A stretch of 64,000 nucleotides of DNA, from positions 1,000,321 through 1,064,320 of the forward strand of contig JAQGDQ010000029.1 of NCBI GenBank assembly GCA_030141605.1. The letters run 5' to 3'. The position numbers and the translations under genes were made by a program. This stretch comes from Tubiluchus corallicola. Its lineage: Eukaryota > Animalia > Priapulida. A model generated the notes under the pieces. It was given only the letters and a program-made list of their open reading frames with translations. It was not told the DNA's origin and did no database searches. Position 1 is the first letter of the stretch. Every line of letters starts with the position of its first letter. Shown in pieces: positions 41,446 through 51,700 of the stretch.

Positions 41446-42881
41446 AAAAAAGAAGTGGTTAAATAACTACGTTTTCGATTTGCAGCTATTAATGAAACAT
41501 GCTAATTATTTAGGCTTTAATGTGAAAAGTAAAATTAGAAGCAGCTGTAGATACATAGTGATTGCAGTGTTTGTTTAGAACAGTGTGCAAAAGCAAAAAT
41601 TAAAGAAGCAAAAATGTGTTTTTACTCGAAAATACGATCACATTATCACAGGAGGATTGCATGACAAAAATTCATTAGAATTAACTATTCTTGAAGTTGT
41701 GAATTCATGTTAAAAATCTTCCGTAATAAAAATGCTATATGCTATAATACACCCCTTATTTATTACTATTTAAAAAACTATCCAAAGTCAGTTGCAATCG
41801 TGTCATGCATGTTCTGTGCTTAAAATAAATTCCGGCCTCATGTTTTACACAAGTTTTTTGCAGCAACAGCTACTATAATCAGACACAAGTAAGCTAAAAT
41901 GCTAAACCGAGCTTAATTAAAATGCCATTATTCTGTAATGTTATGTTATTTTACGATAAATCACATTATCTAGTATGTAACGAAAAACAGTTATCGATAG
42001 TAGAACAGTTACTGCATGATGTCATTCAAAGACTTGGGTAATAGTCAATGGCTGCCTAGCTGGTGGACTGGTGTTGGTCCAATAACCTTGCCTGAAAAAG
42101 AAAATTTGAGGACGCCATTTGGAAGAAAGGTCTAAAAGTTCGGTCAGTTTGTGATTAGAAGGGGTTGAATGGTCAAGTGTGGCTTATAAGCCTACTTCTT
42201 AAACAAAGGCCTGTGTTCAAATCCAGGCTCAGTTTCAGTTTTTTCACGTAATTTTCCTTTGGTTGAAGATTTGTTTCAAAATTAATTATAGCGGACAATT
42301 CAATTATTTAGACACGTTATTATTTTCATTTGAAGGTGACGTATCGTAAGGACTTTTCTTTATGTTTATACATGAGTATTTATTTATTTATTTTTAATAA
42401 ATCTATGAATATTAGTCAAGAGATTTATATGTCTATTAAAAACATCGTCGACAATGTATAGAGAGTAAAACTACAGTTATAAGTACAGAGTACATTAGTA
42501 CAATATAAATACACAAATACGTGCAAATAAAATTTAAAAGTACAGGTAAAAAATTATAATTATAAATTTTATTATAATTAAAAAATTAATATGCCCACTG
42601 CTAGAATTTCAAGTTTCTATAGTTACCAGCGTACTGAGTCACAAGTCAATCTGGATTACCATGAGCAAATCGCAATGTACATGAACTAAATACTGATAAT
42701 TTAATTTTTGCAGTAGTGCAATTTTGTGATACATCTGATTTGCAATGACTTCGAACGTATGCGTGTGGTTTGATGCTAGTGAACAAAAAATGTAAAATTC
42801 TAAACTGGAGTATTTTCCAACAAATTTGCAATAAACCCCAGAATTAAGCTGCTCGCCAACAATGACGTCAGTGATAATTTG

Positions 42882-44234
42882 TTAATAAGTAGGGACGAAT
42901 TGACCTTCAAGGATAAGTTGACGCCAAATTTTACCTTCTGGATACTGATAATTTTCAAAAACTTCGGGTTTTAACTCAGTGGAGTAACCTGGCTTTGTGG
43001 GTAACACGTAGGTAGCATTGAATATCCTAACAGGATTGACAAAGTGTTCATGAAATTCTTCAATGTACTCAATAAGATGGTTCTCCATAGAACCATTAAC
43101 ATAGATATGGTTAAAGAATGCCATATGTTGTGCCATTTCGCCTAGCCCTACTCCTCCAGTGTGAGGACAGACTGGAATATTAAATTTCTTTGCCATCAGC
43201 AAAACAGCAATAATTTCATTAGGCCCACCAAGACGTGCTGGGTCAATCTGGCAAAACTGCATTGCATTGGTCTGCAAAAATTGCTTGAACATAATCCGAT
43301 TATGGCAGTGTTCTCCAGTAGCAACTCCAATTCCATGTGGACTCAGAGCTTCAGCAATGGCTGCATGACCTAGAATATCATCAGGGGATGTAGGTTCCTC
43401 AATCCACAAAGGTAGGAATTCTACCAGTGATTGCATGTGTTGTTTTGCCTCTTCAACATCCCACTTCTGATTTGCATCGACCATTAATGTATTTTCTTCC
43501 CCTATCACCTTTCGCATGATCCCTACTCTGCGATGGTCATCTTTTATGTTGCGGCCTACTTTTATCTTAAACTTCGTCCATCCAGCTGTCAATGCTTCTC
43601 GAGTCAACTGTTCTATCTTTTCTTCACTATGGCAACGCCACCCAACTGATGTAGTATAAGCCGTGTATCCATTTTTGGACAAGTATTTAATCCTACACAC
43701 TTTTGATGTCTCATTTTGCTTTAATATGTGAAGAGCTTCTTCAGGACAGAGAACGTCAGATATGTATCGAAAGTCAATTAAAGATACAATTTGTTCTGGA
43801 CTCATATCAGCCAGCAGCTTCCACACTGGCTTATTCTCCATTTTGCCCCATAAATCCCACAAAGCATTCACAATGGCGGCTGTGGCTAGATGTATAACCC
43901 CTTTTTCAGGGCCAGTCCATCTCATTTGGCTGTCACTAGTAAGCTTCCTCCAAAAAGAAGCAAAGTTGGAGTAAATGTTATTAACATCCTCTCCACGGAA
44001 AAGATACATCATTGACTCTATGGCTCTCACCACAATGAGTGTGCCGTCGCCAAGGGTAAATGTAAGACCACACCCTGTTTCCCCACTACTTGTAGTTAAT
44101 AAAAGGTACGCGCATGACATCACATCAGTGTGAATAGCATCTGACATGCCATCCAGCCAAGTGGGAAATCTAATGTCAAAAACTGAAGCATCCTTTATAA
44201 TACTAGACTTTGATACTTTATGTGATGAAGACAT
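42882..44234 (-). CDS. ENOSF1: Enolase-superfamily member 1 / L-fuconate dehydratase homolog (mandelate racemase subgroup), single coding exon, about 450 aa
   Basis: Uninterrupted ORF with DIRFPT, WTGPEKGVIHLATAA, ALWDLWGK, KFKIKVG (KxK), metal ligands in VDANQ, WIEEP and TGEH, and catalytic His in VCPH. First true ATG is at 44234; the track's 44288 start is TTG. Confidence 0.95.
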   Translation of the reverse strand: MSSSHKVSKSSIIKDASVFDIRFPTWLDGMSDAIHTDVMSCAYLLLTTSSGETGCGLTFTLGDGTLIVVRAIESMMYLFRGEDVNNIYSNFASFWRKLTSDSQMRWTGPEKGVIHLATAAIVNALWDLWGKMENKPVWKLLADMSPEQIVSLIDFRYISDVLCPEEALHILKQNETSKVCRIKYLSKNGYTAYTTSVGWRCHSEEKIEQLTREALTAGWTKFKIKVGRNIKDDHRRVGIMRKVIGEENTLMVDANQKWDVEEAKQHMQSLVEFLPLWIEEPTSPDDILGHAAIAEALSPHGIGVATGEHCHNRIMFKQFLQTNAMQFCQIDPARLGGPNEIIAVLLMAKKFNIPVCPHTGGVGLGEMAQHMAFFNHIYVNGSMENHLIEYIEEFHEHFVNPVRIFNATYVLPTKPGYSTELKPEVFENYQYPEGKIWRQLILEGQFVPTY

Positions 44235-44414
44235 GATAATCAGGCTGCTGTAAATTATCTTAGACTTGTTGAGTAGACTACGTATCAAAGTGCGTGATCG
44301 TTGTCGAAAACTGTTATATTTATAACCTTTCAGTAGAGAAATGATAATCCTGATTGCTACTGTAATTGATTGAAAACTCCGAGTCCAGGATCAAGTCAGC
44401 TTGAAGTCAAAAAA

Positions 44415-44551
44415 CTGTAAAATACAGAAAAATCACACTAAGTAAAATGCACGTCTTTTCTTTTAGGGGAGTATTAACTAATGAAACAGCTTGTTTGTGC
44501 ATGTAAACTCTAATTGCACGAAAGAAAACACATAAAATCACCGTAACTCAC
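44415..44551 (-). other. Candidate 5'-UTR intron of the ENOSF1 homolog
   Basis: Donor TTG|GTGAGT and acceptor ttctgtattttacag|, 137 nt, ending 180 nt upstream of the ATG. Confidence 0.5.
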
Positions 44552-44960
44552 CAAAAAATATTTGTTTTTGTAATAAAATCACCTTATACGAGAAATTATA
44601 ATGTAGTTATTGTCATCATTCATAGTGATGAGTATATTAAATTTTTTAGTTCTTGACGCTAGATTGGTCATTTTGATGTTGTTAGTGTACGGGACTAAAC
44701 CTACTTACTTGAGGCTATTTGACACTCATTAAACGCAAAATTTCTGGATACTGAATATCCACATTACATTTACCCTAAACACAACACTTCACAATTTAAG
44801 AAGTATTTCACAACATTATGTGCTTCAGGTTCAAATACCCCTGAAGTTGGGCGTAAATTCGAGGCGCCATCAATAGAAAAGCAATTAGAGCCAAAATACG
44901 CATCTGATTGGCTACTACTAACTCATACACCCTTTGTTTAGAAGAACGTTACTATAAAGT

Positions 44961-45021
44961 CACAGTTTAAACAATAGTATTACATAGTATATGTAAACAT
45001 AATACTATTGTTTAAACTGTG
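44961..45021. repeat. Perfect 22-bp inverted repeat with a 17-nt spacer
   Basis: CACAGTTTAAACAATAGTATTA (44961-44982) and its exact reverse complement (45000-45021). Confidence 0.95.
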
Positions 45022-47459
45022 GTAAAGTTAAAACATAGTATGACGCATGTTAAGTTCAGTAAAACGTGAAAAAGGTGTAAAATTAAAGTTTTGACAAAAT
45101 TACCTCTTACTGTTACTGTTAGATCAATTACTTACTGCCTATAGCATTACTGTACAATATTTACTGTTACATCATAATGTTCACAATAAATTCATTAGTG
45201 CTTATAATTAATGTTCATAATCTCGCAGCCATCTTATTTGGTCTCTTCTGTTTCGCATGGGTCTATTGCTAGCAGGTTGTGTTGCATGGTTCTTGAAGCA
45301 GTTCAAATTCAAAATCTACGTTGAGGTCAGGCAGTTCTTCACAGTGGCACTTTAAAAGTTTGTGCACTTTTACCAGATTTGAAATGTTGAAGATCTTACC
45401 ATTGTCGAATGACTCAGTTACGATGCACTTTAACGCTGCGGGATTCAGTCTCTTTTGGGTACGTGCACTGATTTCTTAATTCACATTTCTCATTACGTCT
45501 CCCGCGGCAAGAATGTAAGGCATGGCTCAACGATACAACTAATCTAAAAACCTGTTTACACGTTGTGTCAAAAACGCACCGTGTAAGCTGTACATGCGAT
45601 GCGATTCTATGACCCATGCGTTAATTAGGCGCATGCACAATACGCATGTTCTTATTTCTTGAGACATTTCTTTCTAAGCAGGACGCAAAAATCATGCCAA
45701 TGAGGCAAGTGAGATTAGGTCGCGTGTTCACTTCACAGAACGAAAAGAACAGTGTTAATGGACATCCAATAGGGCTTGCGGCAAAGCAATTGGACAACAA
45801 TGACATTGATTAATCAGCATCGGATTGTGGGATTTAGCTTTAATTATATTAATTGTTTAAGTTTTGTTTTGCAAATCATTTAACAGGATTGAATAGCACC
45901 ATTCTGATTTAAACTCCGCATTTAAAGCCTGATTTAAATTAATGAGAGTTTTTTAATTGATGCCAATTAGAGTGACGCCAATTTACAATCAGGAAAATGG
46001 TCATTTAGAAATTGGTGAAGGAAATTGATTTCTGTTTTATGAAAGAATATGTAACTTTGTCAAGACAGTTTTTATTTCTTTGGCGTTCTTATTAGCGAAA
46101 TTTAAAGCGTTTTTTATTAGCAACATTACTTTGCCGGTCTATCTACAAAGATACAACACATTGTAAGGCACACAGTGGACAGATGGAAAAGAATTAAAAG
46201 ATAATAAAAATGTTGTTACAAATGTCAAGAGTACTAGCAAAAAAGAGTAACTGAAGAGTAACCCAAGTTTATTTTACTAAAAATTTCTACTTTTGTTTTT
46301 TTAAATCCTGACTTTTTCCAATCCTATAATTCAAATCAAGATAGGGCGATCACATCTGTTGCCAAAGAATCGAAGGATCAAAGGCAAATGTTCGGCAGTA
46401 GAAAGTGAATCTCTCTTTAATTAAATGCCTTTTGGGGGCATATATAAGGCGCCCTAATGTTCAGGCCAGACGTCGGCAGCAATCTGGTTCTTTGAAGTAC
46501 GCAGTATCTTTGAGCTACTAAATGAGCATGTCAACCCTTTGCCTCTCTTTGTATGATTAAACGTTCTGGGCTCGGACTATAATTTGTCTTTTGGGTTGTT
46601 ATTCATGTAGAATTTACTAAACACATTTTTACCTAAATGTGCTAAATTTGTCTAAATGTGTCAAATTTGACTATGTCAGATAGGTCTTTGCTGTTGTCGG
46701 GTTACAATATTATTATCATTAACATTACCATTATCATTATCATTACAATTCATAATCATTGACAATTCTCAGTAGATTTAGTATTCGACTTCGTGAAATT
46801 CGTCTGTAGCTACATCTTTTAGTTTTCGTACAGTTAATTATTTATTTCTTCTCAGCAGGCATTTCGATTTATAACTCTTTAGGCTTGTAAGCTAGGGTCA
46901 CGAAACTCACATGGTGGGTAACCCGGGGGAGGGGGGAAAGACAGCAGTGTGTTGACTTCTGGTCAAGGGATGAAGGGCAGTGGGCATTGGTCAATTTTTT
47001 TGTTAGGTCGTAACTCCTGTTAGGGCTTTCGGTCTTTTTCAATTTGGAAACCTGGATGGAAACCTGGGGTTCTAAAAGCTTGTCAACCTTTGAACTTCCG
47101 AGAAGGGGGGGGGGGCAAAATGCAAAATAAGGTTACCTCATTTGGTGACCTTTTAGATGCTCAGGGCTAGGGACACAAAACTCAAACAGTACACTCTCAG
47201 GGTGAAGGGAACCATGTTTATATGTGATCGAAAATGCTGAGTCAGCGTCTTGGAGTGGGTGGCTTTTCATTTATTTTCTGTTATGTTCCATGTGGTCCTA
47301 TAGTTTTCGAGCTAGGGCCTCAACTTTTTGTATGTGATCAGGTGGGCAAAGTTCTTTGGTATGGCTGAATATGAATCCTTTGGATAGTGGAAAAATGTGG
47401 ATAGTGCTAAGGAGCAAAAACTGACAAATGAGGATCTGGAACAGAATAGAGTTCCGAGC

Positions 47460-47810
47460 AATAGTACTTTGTAGCATATCAAATGAAAGGTCTCGATGAG
47501 GCGAATTGTATGATATAGACTATCAGGAGATTGGTTAATCTGCGGCCCCACTAGGGGGCAATATGGAGCGGAGATGACAAATGCCTTCCAGTGCCAACCG
47601 CAAGTAGCTTGTAGTATACCAAATAAAAGGTCCCAATGAGACAAATTGAATGGTATAAGTTGAAAGCCAAGATCAGTTAATCCTATGCCCCCTAGGGGGC
47701 AAAATAGGCTTCGGTTAGACAAATGCCTTCCAGTGTCGACCGGACCTCTTTTGTAACACATCATATGAAAAGTCTGAATGAGACAAATTAATATGGTATA
47801 AGTTACACCG
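47460..47810. repeat. About 2.5 diverged copies of a ~141-bp unit, probably a transposon-internal tandem array
   Basis: Variants of AYATCAAATGAAAGGTCT...ATGAG at ~47476, 47616 and 47758; CTAGGGGGCAA...GACAAATGCCTTCCAGTG at 47551 and 47692. Confidence 0.75.
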
Positions 47811-48720
47811 AGACTGGTTGATTATTGACCCACAGGTCACGGGTTGAGAGTTACAAGTTGAGATTTCATTGTTAAGTGCAATTCCCATGTAGTCAATCAA
47901 TGTGATTTCAACAGACGTTGACGACTCTTTAGCGACATCTCCCAAAAACATATCTGAAGTATAAATCGACCCCAAAAATTTCACCTTAAAATCGCCTCCC
48001 AAAAATTCGACTTGTACATAAGTATATACGGTATTTAAAAACTTATATATCAAATTTTATACACACATATATATATATATATAATTACATACAAAATTAC
48101 ATAATTACATACAAATAAAACAAACAATTTTATTCACGTATAAAGTGAATATTATATACATTCATATAGATGTGCAGTCTAAGCATAAAAGTAAGTGTAC
48201 GATATGGTAAGAATATTTTATTATTAACATTGTTAGGTTAATAACGAAAAATCAATCATCATAGTTAAGTTAATAATCAAAAAGTGTAAAGGACATTTGC
48301 CTAGAGTTTGAAAAAATAACTAAATTATTCGTAGTACACTGTTTGCTAGGTAAGCAAAAGCATTAATTAATTTATATTGTCAATAAATCTTGTTTTATTG
48401 GTGAGCCAGTGGTGTACACTCGGATGATGATACAATGACGTTTTATGAGGGGGGTACCAACTTGTTAAATTATTAAATATTTTCTCTGCCAATTACATAA
48501 GTCTTTCAAACAGATAAGCATAATGTTAAGTAATGTAACTTTGTACAGAAAGTTTTTTGGGCATACTTTAAAGTTTCACTTTCTTCCCCTTTACACAGGT
48601 TTAAAATGAATATTATCAGGCCGTGGCACACTTTGAGGAAGATTCACACGAAACACATTCTTTTGCTCCAACACCATTACTCCAATATCGAATCATTTAT
48701 TTTGAAGTATGTAGGTGGAG

Positions 48721-51700
48721 CTAATCTTTGTGAAGAGTTTCCAGAATCTCCCAGCCTAGAAAATCACAAACTTTGTATTAGATCTCAGTCGCCTAAGTAA
48801 AGCTCACTAATCACTCATAAAACCGAAATAGAAAATTGATTGACCCATCATCTGAATTTTAAGTGGTGGGTCAGTCAATGATGGCGACGACTGCATTAAC
48901 TTTGACACTGACAATAATGACGACAATAAAAAGTAATATTAGTTCATTATATTAGCTTGGAATGGTTCGTTACAGTGAAAAAACATGGAATGTCTTATCA
49001 GAAACAATTTTTAGACATCTCTGTGCACTATAAGCTTAGAATATAACACACTTATAATTGTAAATCGCAGCATGTCAGCTGTAACAGCAGGTGCCTGATC
49101 ACTGATCAATGCCTGGTAAGTCTGCAGATAGCAAAGCTACTTTAACTGTCTCCTTATTGCTTCAGAGCCTTAACCTCTGGTCCCAGTGCTAACTTATAGT
49201 TACAGCGACATGTACGACTTCTGCAGGAAGCCAAGATTGATATTAGGTACAGGAAATCAGTGCAGAAGAATAACGTGGAGACAACTTAACTATACAACTT
49301 GAAAGCTATCAACGAAAAAACGTTAAACACAAAATTAATATATTATTAGTTACCTTTGAGGCGAGGAACATAGCGAGTGGTCAAGGTGTTGTGCTTGTGA
49401 TCAAAGTTAAGAATGGTAAGGAACTGGACAGTGTATGGATGAATGAACTGCACTATGCATTGTTTTGCCAAAAAAAAAGAGCAGCTCCATACTAGCTTTT
49501 GGTGTCTCATTCATTGTGGTAAATATCGTTTACCTGCCAGTAACTAACTAGATGCATTTATATCTGAATATGGCTGAGACACCTCTGTCGGTTCAATGGC
49601 TCATGTAGATGATACCTTAATAGTAAGCTAGGTTGCAGTCTCGCTGCAAACATCTACATTAAGTAAATCCTGCCAATAACTGCTGAATTCAAGCTTGCAG
49701 AAAGACGAATTGTATCAAATAAAAAAAAAAGGGAAATCTAAATTATAAAAAACATTTTTATTTTTATTATTATGATATCAAACCTACCCTTCTTCGGATT
49801 ATTGTGATATTTTCTGGTCCAAGCATCAACAAGTAAATTACTATAACGTTTTTTCTTAAAATATTTCAAATATTTATGAGTTGTTGGGCTGGGAAAAATG
49901 CGCTGGAAACCTCCACGTCTCTGATACTCGTCTTCAACTTCTATCAGCTCGCTTACATCAGCTGGTGTGAGCACTTCTAGAATGCGTTTTGTTATTTCCT
50001 AGACAGAAACCAAAAAAGTCTATGATACAAATGTACATTATCAACCTATTTTCCACTGGGTTACAAATGGTCATTTGACCACTTCCCAAACGAATGGTTA
50101 AATGGTTTTATTAAGAAGGTGCTGCTTGGTTTACTCCCAATAATATACCTCCGCTGACGCTCCTGATGTAGTAAAGTAAATGCGCTTTGCTTTTTCATCA
50201 TTAGTAAGAGCAGAATCTCGCAGGGAAGTTGGTTTCACTCTTTCTTCTTCATTTTCCTGTTGGATGAAGTCCCTGAAAAACACAATGAATACTACAACAA
50301 TTTATGAAACCTGACACGGCTTGTGTTGTAACGTACACTCTCCCATCAATTTCTGCTTGGTCAGTTTTTAAAACATTACAAAGTCACCTATGACTATGTA
50401 CTATTATTCATTTAGGCCTAGTCTACACAGTCCGTTTTGGTTATTTCATCAAGCCCAGATCTAGCCTGACTCTGAGCCTACTTGGCTTATACATGGATAC
50501 ATTTGCTAATTTTTACACAACTGCGCAATTTATCAGCACAAAAAAGACCATAGAATTGTAGGCTAAAATCCCCGTAAGACTTAGATATTTTGTCACTAAG
50601 CTTCCATCAGAATGGGGAACCATCTTCACGTCGAAACAATGACAGATAGTTTAAATTACTGGTGCCAAAACTCCTAATTGTTTTACAACCCATTAAATGT
50701 GAAAGGCTCCTGCATAACTGACTACACAAGCCTGTCAAACTTTTCCTATAAAAGTCCTAAACATGGATGTGAATTAGATGGACAGCTACAGTTGGCTCAA
50801 GATAATTTTTTGGGTTATGACATTGAAAGCTCTGGCCAGATTAACAGCCTCTAAGTGCTACTTTTGCAGTTCTCCAGGAATGTTAATAAGCACAAAAATA
50901 TATTTTTTAAAACTGCTTTAGGATTTTTTTCAAAAATGATTTTAAGACTTGAGTAATGCAGGGTGTTCCAAAAAGTGTAGTAGAAATATACGACAAATAC
51001 CATGAAATAGACCCTATCATTTCAATTTTTCTGCCACGTAAATAGCTATTATGATCACCAACGTTATGACTTTTTAATTTTTTGTAAAATAAATGATTTC
51101 CTGTATTATCAATTGATGAACTTTTGCTTAAAAATAATGAAAATGAGCTTAATTCCATTCAGTATTTAAAAAAGTCAACCCATCACAAAATTTCTAAAAT
51201 TCTATACACGTTTATATGGGAGTATTGGTACTATGAGTATCTAGAGACTGTGAAGATTCTGAAAATTTCTAGAACATTCTAGTGTCTTTAGAATTTTCTG
51301 GAACTTTTTGAAACAGTATAGAACTTTCTAGAACTTAGTAGAATTAGAAATCTGTAGAACTTTCTGGAACAATCATTGTTTTACAGTATGTAAGCTTGAT
51401 GATTGACCAATGCTAGTCATCTTTTGTAGTCATAAGAAAGTGCAACTACTACTGATAAAAACAAGACGATCTGGACAAAGAATCTATGCGATTTCAAGAT
51501 TCACATAAGAAATGAAGAGCAATTCCACTAGAAGAACACACTCTGGAAAACAACAGCAGGATCCATCAAAGGAAGAAAAGAACGTGTAAAGGAAATAGCA
51601 AAAGAAGTACCTAACAAGTTTATGGCAAAATAAATTGAACTTTCCAAATTTATCAATTCAGGTTATAGAAGCAAAACCAGATAATGTACTGAAGACCTAC

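Noticed and set aside
42170-42240. B-box-like GTTCAAATCC (and an A-box-like motif at ~49370) suggesting tRNA genes
   Set aside because: No cloverleaf can be folded; at most SINE remnants.
45230-45810. GC-richer, coding-looking segment with short minus-strand ORFs
   Set aside because: Frames are interrupted and I recognise no family; probably a decayed TE or gene fragment. A BLASTx search would be needed.
47312-48053. 150-aa and 112-aa minus-strand ORFs with an internal repeat (WKAFV)
   Set aside because: Explained by the 141-bp DNA repeat; no domain or splice support.
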